Positions 50,850 through 64,000 of a stretch of DNA of 64,000 nt are shown piece after piece; position 1 is the stretch's first letter, and each line of letters opens with the position of its first letter. The notes under the pieces were generated by a model, which was not told where the DNA came from, ran no database searches, and worked only from the letters and a program-made list of their open reading frames with translations. A program made the position numbers and the translations under genes. The stretch is from the human T2T-CHM13v2.0 reference genome, Homo sapiens. The stretch lies in assembly GCF_009914755.1 (NCBI RefSeq), contig NC_060926.1; one strand, 5' to 3'.

Positions 50850-53029
50850 AGATATGGATATCTTTTAATAGCTTTTAATGTATGTCTGCAACATATCAGT
50901 CTCTCTTCTCTCCCTTACCAGACCATGAGCCTCTTGAGGGTAAGGGTTTGTTTGTTTGATTGTTTGTTTGTTATCTTGTATTCGGTGAACGCTCAACAGC
51001 TGGGTAAACTTAGGTATTATAGTTCCCACTGGCTGACTAAACTGATGCTCAGAGAGGTTCAATTACCTATCCCAATTGGTAAACTTTAGAGTAAAGACTT
51101 AAAAACAGGTCTGTCTGATTTTTATCTTCTACTACAACAAACAAGAATCTGTGCTACCTGCAATGGAAGACAGAAGCTCCAGTGTTTGCTGGCCTGGGAA
51201 CAATGTTTAGTTATTTGAGGTTGGTGGGTGGATGAATATGTATCTACCCCTGAGTCAGCAACTGATTTTATTTTCATACGGAAGGCTCTGTTTTTACGCT
51301 CGACACATCCAGCAGCGAAAGAGGTGCCTTCTTGTCCCTTGTCTGTTCCCTTTAATTGTCTACATGGTTCCCCTCCTCTCCCACTGCCACCATCAGACTG
51401 CTACCTCCCAGTGGGAGAAGTTACATCTGACCTCCATGTCCCTGGTGACTTTACTGGGCCACGGAAGGCATTCAGTGAAGGCTTGTTTGGAGAGTGGATC
51501 CAGACCATTCAGGACGCATTTCCAATAATGCTGACCATTGGCATTGTGTGCTTAGTATGTGCCCAACCATATGCAGAGTCACTAGAATAGTAAAGTCACA
51601 GAAGGAAAGCACGCAAGGCAGAGCTGTGTCTTCAGCAGATGTTCCGTAGATACAGGATTGCATCTGCTCGGAAGAATACACCCAGAACCTTCAAGCCAGA
51701 ACAGAAGGTCCCTGAGCCATCAGAAAGCTGTCGCAAGATCACACACTGATGCTCACACATGCAAGACGTAGAGGAGTGTTCTCCAGGCCCTCACTCAGAC
51801 TCAATTTCCTGCTAATTCATTCCACAAAATATTTAAAGATCTTCAACGTGCCAGATGCTGTCCTAAGGGCTGGGGTTTCCAGCATGATTAAGATACAGTC
51901 TGTGCTTAGAAGGAGCTTGACCGAGAGCACAGAGGTGGGTGCCTAACCTGGAGGTCAGCAAAGGCAGGGAAGATCCCCTTTCTCTTCAGTTGCAAGATGT
52001 TCAGTTACCAGGTTTCCTGGTCCACAGCAGTCTAGAAGTGGTTACTTAGAAGGTGGGAGCAGAATTAGTCCCGACACTTCATCTGAAATCTACTCCACAT
52101 TTCCGCAGATGATTTTGAGTAGAGTAACAGCTAGGGCTTTGGGGAGCCCATATCTATGGTCTATGCAAGGCAATCAGTGGACAAGGCAGAGACAACAAAC
52201 CCATAAAGAGCTCATGAAAAACCTGGAGAGGCCAGGGCCAGTTAGCATCGGGGTACATGGCCCATATATCCCAGGCAGGCCCTAGGTACGCAGCAATTAG
52301 CCTTAATCATCACAAAAAAAATGGTCATTATATTTCATATTTTTTGCTTCATATTATATGTAGACATATACCTTCTCTCTCTGTCTCTCTGGACATATAT
52401 GAGAGTTGGGATTTTTTTAAGTTTTGGTACATAATCATCTCCCTAATTATGACTCATCTCCAGACAATTCGAGATAGTTGAAGAGATGAATGACCACAAA
52501 ACAGCTAGAGAACAATGCACACAGGAGTTGATTGTGTGCTTCTCACAATAAGTGCTATGGGAGTTGAGAGAAGGGAAACATGAGTGTGGGCTCAGGCACC
52601 AGAAGGCTATGGAGTGAAAGGGACCCCTGTGGGGACAGCAACTGAGGTCATGCCAGTCTGTGTTTCCATCCTTCCTGCTGCCCAGTGGAGGGGCCCCTGG
52701 GAAAGGGGAGGAAGGCACAGGTGTTTCTGTTTGTGCTGGAATTGCTTTTGGACAGGGCTGACTCCCGAAAAGGTGGATCTGGATACAATGTCGGAATGTG
52801 ACCAGCCAGGAGAGCTAGGCAGCCATGGTGCAGAGGACTCTTCTGCCTCTCCCCCTCCTGCCCTAACCAGCTCAGCACCAAGCACATGGGCACTTTAAAA
52901 GCACAGGCCATGCTGGGAGACTCACTGTGCTACCCTCAACCCCTTCAGCAGGAGCAGCTCTGTGAAAAGTGCAAGTGTGACCTTCATTTTGCTTTGTGAC
53001 TTAAAACCCTTCACCGTTACTCAGCTGCA

Positions 53030-53205
53030 GCTCAGCATGGTGGTTGGACTCAGGAGCCAGATGACCTGGGTTCAAATCATGGCTGCACTACTCACAAGAT
53101 ATGTGACTTTGGGCAGGTCAGCTGGCCGCTCTGTGCCTCAGTTTCCCCATTTATAAAATGGGGATGATGGTAGTAAGAGTCCTACCCCGCAGGGTTGTTA
53201 GGAAG
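53030..53205. mobile_element. MIR
   Basis: CCTGGGTTCAAATC...TGTGACTTTGGGCAGG...GCCTCAGTTTCCCCATTTATAAAATGGGGAT. Confidence 0.8.
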
Positions 53206-54729
53206 CTCCACGGAGGAAGGCTGGTGAGGAGCTCCCCCACTCCTCTCCTGTCTTCTCTCCTGGCTCCATTCCTTCTCTCTGCTTCAGCCTCTTCTGGGCT
53301 TTGCTCTGCTGCCATCTTCCCCTGGCTACCTGCTCATCTCTCAGGTCTTCAAGGAAATGGCACTTTCTCCATGGGGTGTTCTAGGGCTCTGAGCCCCTCT
53401 CAGCTAGGTGAGCTCCCCCATCCTGGATTCCCCAAGCAGGTAGTTACTTGATGTTGCTTCCCCTGGTCCACTTGTCCAATAGCTGAAGGTATCTCAGAGA
53501 GGGCGTGCTACGTCCATGTGATTTGCCTGTGTAGCCCCAGTGCCTAGCAGAGTGCTTGGCAGATACGCTGGGTGCCAAGAAAGCAATGGCCAAATGCACG
53601 AATTCACAAAGGATGGAAGGAGGAGTCCATAGGCCAGTGCACAGTGCCCAAAGGACAGAGCTGAGGCTGCTGGTCAGGACAGCTTCAGGCTCTGGCCAGG
53701 CTCCAGCACACAGCTGGAGGCACCCGTGACTCTAGCTGGGAGGGGCTGGAAGATCCAGGCAGCCCCTGACCGCCCTCCTTCCCCTTAGTCATGTCCAGTT
53801 CTGTAAACAAATTCTCAACTGCACCAGAAGGCCTGACAGTTAAGAGAACCCAGTGAAGAAACCTTTTGCAGAGAGAGAAAAGAACCCTTTTGAATGTGAT
53901 CAATCACGCTGATTTATTTGGATGATTTCTCTTCTGGATTTCCTTAAACCAGGGAAAACCCAGGTAAGATATTTGGGGCCCTCATTCATCTAGACAAAAT
54001 ACATAAAAGTTTGTTATATCAAAAGTCACCTCTGGAAAAAAAAGGAGTTTTGCCAACCCACTCAGCTATTAATATGAGATGCTCTCTGCCTAGGGACAGC
54101 AATTGCTATAATTGATGCAAACGATCCCAGCCACACTCCCTGATCCTGGTTCTGAAACTCAGAGATGCAGCTGACCAGACTGATGTGGCCAGCCTCACTC
54201 TGAAGGATCCTGCAGCAGACAAATTGCTGGAATGTGTTCAGACGGAATCCAGCTGCTACAACCGTCACACAAACTTCCTGAAATAGAGGACAAAAGGTAG
54301 CAACTTGTCGCTTCTTGAGCCAAGACATTTAGGACATGAGACCAAATGAGAGAGATTAAAATAAAAAACGCAAGAAGTTAGTGAAATGAGGATTTAGCTC
54401 ACCAGGCCAAAGCAGGCAGTCTTGGGTCTTTGCTGGACAGTTGTAGCTGCCATATAAGCTGTCCCTGCCAGGGCTGGGATCTGGAGGCTGATGCTGAAAC
54501 CTCGGCCTGGAAATGATGCTGATGAAGCAGGGCTCTGACAGCCCCTGCACTCTCAGAGGTCTGGGCAGCACAGATGAAATTATCACTCCAAGATCCTCAA
54601 AGCATCCAGGAAAAAAGCACATCTAGGAACATTAGCTGAATTTTGTAGAACACTAGTAAGCACCTAGTAGATGCTCAGAAAATGCATATTTTCCTTCCCT
54701 TTCCTGAATTCCAGGGGCCTTGCTTGGTC

Positions 54730-55300
54730 TGTATTAATTACTATATCAGAGTCCTTATTTGCAAGCGAAAGAAACCAACTCTAGTGGATTTGAATATAAG
54801 ACTATTACTTCTTACTGATTGTGAGGAAGGCTGGTGAAGCAGGCTTATCGAATGAGCAGGCGCTGGGAGGGTGTGCAGCTAGAACCAATGGCCAAAATCA
54901 CCCTGCAGACCTCTCCCAGGGAGATCCCTGTTGCTTCTGCCACTGAACAGCAGACATCAGACCATGCTGCACTGACTCCGTGGCACCAGGTCCTGGAACC
55001 TGGACGCCGACACGGTCCAGGACCCTCTACTCTCATTTGAAATCCATGACACTAAGCCTTGCTGCTGCCCCACAAAGGAATTCTCCACAGTCCCTGCTGC
55101 TTTGGGTCATTCACTCCAGATTCAAAATCCTGGCTGTGGTGTCTGGCCAGGTCCGAGTCACGTGCCACGCCAAGGTTCAAGATAAGCTAGGGGGAGTAAG
55201 TATCTGGAATGTACACCTTTCAAAGTGAAAAGTGGGCTCCACTTCCCACTAAGGTTCATAAAGCGGGGAATTCTTCCAACAAAGGAAGGGGCTTCAGAGG
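54730..55300. mobile_element. Probable old MLT1 (MaLR) LTR
   Basis: TTGCAAGCGAAAGAAACCAACTCTAG start typical of MLT1J/K/L; heavily diverged. Confidence 0.5.
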
Positions 55301-55669
55301 CTGGGCAGCCTGAAAATAGCACATCCCCTGCAGTTATACTTGGGTTTCCAGTCTACGTGGCAGAAAAAAAAAAGCAAAAGCCATGCATGGACAGTGTGCA
55401 AAAGCTGGAGCCTGGGAAAAGCCTTAGCCTGGATCTCATCTTTCTCTCTCTGGAAAAGGTTGGGGGAGCTTTGCTGTCATTGATGTCCCTACCTGGAAGG
55501 CTTTTCCCTCCCCAGACTTGCCCTCCTCCGTGACCCACAAAGATCTCTCTCTTGTTGAAGTTGCGATTCTACCTCTAGATTGCATCACACTTTTTAGAAA
55601 TGAATTACTTCATTTATGTAGGTCTTGTCAAGCTCCCCCAGGATGAGGACAAAACTCGTATTCATTAAA

Positions 55670-55990
55670 CAGTTAATAAACATTCACTGAGTGTCTGCTA
55701 GGCCTTGGGGAGACCTAGGGGACAAAGACATGGCCTGTGCCTTTGAGAAGAAGGTCACATCGGGTGCCAAGTGTGTGGAGGTGTGAAGGCTTTGCAGAGG
55801 AGATGACTTATTTAAATGGGTCTTAAGATGTTCCCAGCCATTGGTAGAGGGAGAGGTGCATCCCAGAGAGAAGGAACAGCATGTACAGGGCAAGGAGTCA
55901 TGAGAAGGCGTGGCGATTTTGGAACAGATTTGTTGGGATATGGTGTGCATGTGGGCAGCAGGCAAGGAGGTGGGAGGTGAGGTTGTTGCT
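55670..55990. mobile_element. L2 fragment
   Basis: AATAAACATTCACTGAGTGTCTGCT...GGAACAGCATGTACAGGG. Confidence 0.55.
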
Positions 55991-56007
55991 GAAGATTGGG
56001 ACCACAT

Positions 56008-56521
<514 letters not shown>

Positions 56522-56611
56522 TGAAACCACATTCTTCGGACCCTTGAGTATCTCCCTGAGGAAAAGACATTGTATCCTGAGACCATTAGAAATTATCAGA
56601 TACTTTTTAAA

Positions 56612-56850
56612 TTGATTTTTTATTGTGATAACATACATAACATAAAATTTACCATGTAAACCCTTTTTAAGTGTACAGTCCAGTGGCACTAAATGCATTC
56701 AAAATGCTGTGCAGCCAGCACCACCATCCATCTCTAGAACTCTTTCATCTTGTAAAACTGAAACTGCACCCATTTAACACTAACCTCCGATGCTACCCTC
56801 CCCCTAGTTCCTGGCAACTGCCACCATCCTACTTTCTGTCTCTATCATCA
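56612..56850 (-). mobile_element. L1MB 3' end fragment
   Basis: ACATAACATAAAATTTACCAT...TTAAGTGTACAGT...CACCACCATCCATCTCTAGAAC...AAACTGAAACT. Confidence 0.8.
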
Positions 56851-57045
56851 ATGCTTTTAAGCCCGAGGGGCACCTGATGGGATTTTTAAGAAAAGTCCCC
56901 CTAGCTACATTGTAAAGGATAGGTTGGAGGATTTGGGGTAGGAGGCGGCTGCAGAGAACTTCAGAGGTGATGATGACAGTGGCAGTGGGGTGGGGGGGTG
57001 TGCAGGAGGGTGGTGAGAGAGATTGCAGAGATATTGATTAGATGA

Positions 57046-57393
<348 letters not shown>

Positions 57394-57764
57394 TGAGCCG
57401 TCTTTTTCTATTTTATTTTCACAATGTTAACCCCCACACCCATTCTTGTGTGAGACAGAGAGGCGATTATGATCGTACAGGAGTTTTACATAATCCTCTG
57501 ATCCTATCAATTCATAAATATTTCAAAATTACAGCCTATTTAGATGGTGAAGGACATCCTCCCATATCATTCCCGTAAGATGTGTGAGAGGACTTTAGGG
57601 CAAATTTGACCATTGCATGCTCTAATCCATTTTATAAAAGAGAAATCATTTACAAAAGTAGTTTATGGTCATAAAATGAGCAATGACAATTCAGAACAGA
57701 TCCTGTGCTAAGAAAAATTATCTGAAGCTTGCATTCAAAAGACAGCTGACTAAACACAGGATCT

Positions 57765-58481
<717 letters not shown>

Positions 58482-60936
58482 TGCAGTTGTTCTTGAGAGG
58501 GAGATGGAACTGTCCATTCCTGGTTGTTCTGAAGAGAGTGTCCCACCTTCCCTGCGGGGCCTCCCCTGTCCCTGTAGACTCAGCCTCAGCTTTTCTGGAG
58601 CGTGACATTTCCGCCAGCCTCATTCTCTTCCTTTCTCACTTCTCCCAACTTACTCTGGTCCCAGATCACCCTGCCTAGTCTTCCTTAGCAGCTGTGCGGT
58701 TTCCTTTTCTACCCCCGTGATTGCCCAAATCTCCTCTGAATCTGGGCGCACCGGAGGTAGAGAAGGGGTGAGACCCTCTCCTCTCTCCTCTCTCAGGCCA
58801 TAGACCCATCCCTGAAGCTCCTCTGCCCCCCTCTCTGAGCCTCAGAGCCTTCCTTGCCACGCGGAGCTCCCCTTTGGGTGCCCTCTTGAAAGCTGTGTTC
58901 TGGGTACAGAATCTTGTCTAGAGCCTCAGATAATGGGACTTTCCCTGTGGGAGGCCAGGCTGAGGGACACCACTGAGTTCTGAGGGGGCTGCTGGGCTGT
59001 GATTAGGTGCAGGGCTGACATCTGTATTTGAAACACAGAGTGGGCCAACGTGAAGTCTGTTGATTGAGAAGAGACACAGGTGCTAGAGTGAAGGTGCGTG
59101 GATTGGAGGCATCTTGGAAACCCACACAAGAGGAAACGGCTCTAGCCCGGACTGTTCCCACAGGGCTAGGCTCTCCCTACCCAAGAGAGAACCCATGTGT
59201 GTTTCTTCTTCGCAGTGTGTAGTTTAAAATCATTGGCTTTGTAGGCAACAATCCACAGGGCTGGGCACATACCCAATTGACTGATTGGTAGGAGAGTCAA
59301 ATATTTGTTGATGGAAAAAGCTTCAAGGTGCGTTTAGAAATTGCTCATGAAGATAAACATCTATTTGGAAGTTACTTTGGTTGTGAGGCTTGAGATTTTA
59401 TATCACCGTATATTTTTAGGGTCCTTTACATTTTTCAGTGTTGTTGAAAAGCAATTTATTGTTCACCATGTGCCATGGTAGTTCCCCAACTTGAAGGCAG
59501 AGACTGTGTTTCTCCCAGCACCTAACAGAGTGTTGAATGCATAGTAGATATTCAACAAATATTAATTTCAAGCATCTTTTGTAGCACAAATTATTTAATC
59601 TAGATCATTAACCTCAGAAATTCCAACTTAGTCACCTGCCAGGCCTAATTCCTTGTTTCAAGTAAGTGAGACACCGCTTGGGGCTGCCTGCCATCAGTGC
59701 ATGCTGTATGTGCGTGGCTGCCTGGATTCCAGTGTGGCCAACTGATGATGATTGAAAAGTGAGTATCCAGCAGGCCTTGCAGGGACCAATGTCTCATCAG
59801 AGACCCTGTTCACACATGCTCTTCACTTGGTGACCGGTTTTACAGGTTTCTGATGATAGCAAATATTTGTCTGTATTTCCTGGTGCGGAATTCTAGGCTC
59901 CTGACAGCTTTTGTGAAAAAGCATAGGCAGGAAAACCACTGTGTACTCCAGAGTTCTTCGAAAGTGAGTTCATCGCTGGCCAGAGTTTCAAGTACAGAGT
60001 CATTCTCTTGGTTAGCGTAGAAGTAACTGCGCTACAGTAACTGACCAACAAAAGTGCCTTCCAGTTCAAAGTCTTGTTTAGTCTCACTTTGAGCCCTCCG
60101 TCACTTGGATTAGGGGCCTCCCTGTCATTGCTGGAAGGAACTTCAGGAAGCATCTCTTCCAGGTCTTTACCTAAGGGCCAATGTGGACGGTGTGTGCCCT
60201 GGACAGGTGTGTGGGTTGTGAACATACTGAAATAGGTGCTCCCATGAGTAAAGAGCTGCTGTCCTCAAGCATCGTGCATGCCCTCCTGTAGCTCCCATTC
60301 TTTCCTGGAACCCTATAAACTCTCCACACCCTGATCTAGCAATGAAAGGGTCAATGCCTGGCCCAGCCCTGGGGGTGGTGGGTGGGGGCCTCCAGCTCTG
60401 CTGCTGCTGGGACTCTGCCACGTTGGGTGGGAGGTGAGGTATTTTGACTGTCACTCCTGGCAGTGGGGTTCAGACTCAGTGCACTGCAGAGCTGCATTGA
60501 TGGGTTCCCAGCGAGAAAAGCTGTGCGAGGACGTGGCTGCTTCAGGAGAGTGAAGTGCTGCTCGGGCTAATCCTGAGGAGGCTGCAGGAGGCTGAGAAAC
60601 TCAACACATGGCACGTGAGTAGTGTTTGTGGCTCTACCTACAGAGAGCCTAGAGGTTCTGGGAGACATAAGTGGAAGGAGAGGCAGATGATGTCACTCCC
60701 GCATATGCACCCCTTCCATGGCTTTTCACCTGCCCAGGATAATTAAACCCCTGGGCGTGGCATCAGGCCCCCAGTCCTGGTCCTTGCCCGCCGCTCCACT
60801 TTCTCTGGCAGTCCCCCTGTTCACCAGCCCCTCTTCCGCCCTCCTCCCTCCCTGCATCATGCTCTTCCCTCTACCTGGAATGTCCCACTCTTTGTTACTG
60901 ACAAGGGTCCACTCATCCTTTAAGACCAAGGTTCTC

Positions 60937-61475
<539 letters not shown>

Positions 61476-63784
61476 TCATTGCATGCTGGCACCTGGTGGA
61501 CCTCAGCATTGCATTTCCTGCCGTCCCTTGCAACCATGCGTTTCCTTCTGTGCTTCCTCCCACTAGCCCATGAGCTCTCCCAAGGCAGGGGCTGTGATGT
61601 TGGTTTCTGTATCCCAAGCAGCTGTGATAAGTAATGTGGATCCCATGGTAAGCTGCCCACAAATGTTTTTTTTAAAGGAGAAAGAGAGCTAGAGGGGAGG
61701 AGAGGGAATGGGTGGAGGAGAACTCCCTATAATCTGTCTACTCCTCCGGCTCTCCTGGTCCTCTGGGGCAGTGCTGCTTTAATGGATAATGGCAGCAATG
61801 GAGGAAGAAGAGGAAGGGAGGGCTTGGTGTGTCCTGGCTGTAAAGAGGGCTCCTCACCAGGCTCTCGCCAGCGCCCAGCCCCCGTAGAGCCAGCCTCGTG
61901 TTTAGTTGCAGGGAGAACGTATCTCTGGGGAGTGTTTGGGGAAGGGATCTCCCGGATATAGGACAGCCTGGATTCTTCAGGGGACCAAAGCCCCCCCAGA
62001 TAGGATGTCCGGCACATCCTCGGGCCTTCTCAGAGAAATAAGGTGCTGTGAGGCGTGTTAGAACCATACCCATCTTCCTGAGCATGGTCCCAGGCTGGGG
62101 CCACAATGAGGAACAAGGAGTCCCTGCCCTTGGGGAGTCCCAGTTCAGTGGGGATAAAAATCAATTACAGTACAATTCTGTACACAAAGGGAAAAAAGTC
62201 TCCACAGTGCTGAGGCAGCCCCAGAGAAGAAGAGATCAATGCTGTTTGGGAATGGAAACTCACTCATAATGTGCAGGAAGGGAGGTCAGGAGTAAATGAC
62301 ACCTACCTTGGGTTTTAAAGAATGAATAAGGGTTAGGCAAGCCAGTGCAGGATGGAAGGGAATTTGAGGCAGGAGAAACGGCATATGCAAAGACATGAAA
62401 AGCAGCATGCGCAGGAAGATACAAACAGGGAGATAATGCTGGGAGCTTCAAGTACCAGGGAGGGAAAGTGAGAGATGGGGCAGAGGAGGTGGGTGGGAGT
62501 GACAACACAAAAAATGGTAAATGGAGCCCAGAGGGATCTAGAATTTACCTGTTACCTTCATTCAATTTACAATCACTTATTAAGCTCCTTCTATATGCGA
62601 GATATTTTTCTTCGAATTCTCCCAGCAATCCTTATTCCCCCTTGTCACTAAGGAATGGGCACACCTTGGACACCACATGTCATCTGGACCCACTTTATAG
62701 AAGGGGAAACTGCAGCTCAGACTAGGTAAATGTGGTATCTGAGAGCTCCCAGTTGGTTAATGGCAGAACCAAGACTTGAATCCAGATCTCTCAATTTCCC
62801 AGTCCTGGCTCTGGTTCCAGACCCTTGCACTATGTGGTAAAGCAGGCCCTTCAGAACTGAAACCATTTCTTATTTATTGAGACCTGAAGTGGTATGTGAA
62901 ATGATACTCAGGTCAAAGGAATCCAGGATCTCTTTTGAAGCTCTGAAAATCAAAGAGACTCATGATTTGGTAAAGAGACTTCCATCACACGTGCATAAGC
63001 AGAATTCTCTGCTTGAAAAAAAAGATGGGTTTGGGGGCTTGTAAGCACCTCCCTTTATGTTCCTGTGGTTGCCCACTTCTGAGGCTGGCTTGTCAGTTGC
63101 TCAATAGTGGTTCCAGTTTGCAAACGGTTCACCTTCAGGGTATTGATCCCTCTCTAGTTCTCTCATTGATGTCCCTGTCATTGAGTGAGCTGTTTCAGCA
63201 GTACTCCTGTTCTTTTTCAAAGTCACCTTCAGATGCCACTGATTCCATCAGCATTCTTTGCGAGCTGCGGCCTTATTGGTTTGCAAGGACGGCAAATATT
63301 GGGAGTTTGGAAACAGCATGCTCCTGGCTTTCCCGGGGAGGGCTGGGCCCTGCAACCAGGTGGGCTTTGCTGAGACAGGAATGAGTGGCAGAAAATGACT
63401 GATTGTCTCTGGGTTACAGCCTCAACCGCTAGGGATCCCTTGGCTTTTTGGGTGCAAGTCCTCCCTGCAGGACATACAGACTGCATCTTTCTGCCTCCCT
63501 ACCCCACCCCGTACCCGCTGAGTGCTATCTTCATAACCGGGAGGCTGAGCTGGAAGTCAGCAGGCAGCCCCTCTGGCCAGGCAGTGCAGGATGCGATGTT
63601 CCAAACCACACCCAGATCTGCACCCTGAGGCCCCTCGTTGTGTGGGGTAGTGGGCAATGCCCAGGTCTGGTGTCAGACAGGCAAGGTTCACACCTCAATG
63701 CTGCCATTTCCAGTTATGTGACCTTGGGAAGGTTACCTGCTTTTCCTGAGCCTTTATTATTAAAAATTTATTATGAAATTTCAT

Positions 63785-63895
63785 TTCAAAATGCACTAAC
63801 ATGGTAGCCACTAAGCACACGTGGCTATTGAACGCTTGAAACGTGATGAGTCTGCATTGAGATGTGCCGCGAGTATAACACACCTGGATTTCCTC
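63785..63895. mobile_element. MER3/MER33-like hAT fragment
   Basis: ATGGTAGCCACTAAGCACACGTGGCTATTGAACGCTTGAAACGTG. Confidence 0.65.
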
Positions 63896-64000
63896 CCTCC
63901 CCAGGTGCAACAGTGACCCGTGACGCAGTAGGGAGGGCTGTTTTCCATGCCCAGTGAGGCCTGCTCAGCTCCCATTAGGCCTTTATGGATGGCCTGCCTC

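Overview
This is primate (almost certainly human) genomic DNA containing the YWHAQ gene (14-3-3 theta/tau) on the minus strand. I resolved six exons with canonical GT-AG junctions: non-coding exon 1 (~46011-45955), exon 2 (45548-45173, ATG at 45466), exon 3 (6547-6424), exon 4 (3360-3197), exon 5 (2541-2446) and exon 6 (from 378; TAA at 321-319; the 3'UTR runs off the window). The CDS is 294+124+164+96+60 = 738 nt, or 245 aa plus stop. A CpG-island promoter lies at ~45050-46450. The 38.6-kb intron 2 and the ~18 kb upstream are mostly repeats: ~45 Alus, L1, L2 and MIR fragments, a near-complete Tigger1, MER8, MER20, Charlie1, MLT LTRs and a Y1 RNA retrocopy. Nearly all other ORFs in the track are Alu-, L1- or GC-shadow artefacts. 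I see no new protein-coding system. The best leads are regulatory or RNA-level: an MHC-II-like X1-X2-Y module in the promoter, a GGGGCC/GGCCCC hexamer in the 5'UTR, a possible stop-free exon 3-5 circRNA, an intronic AP-1 cluster and a three-layer nested transposon. Repeat names and boundaries come from remembered consensus sequences and are approximate.
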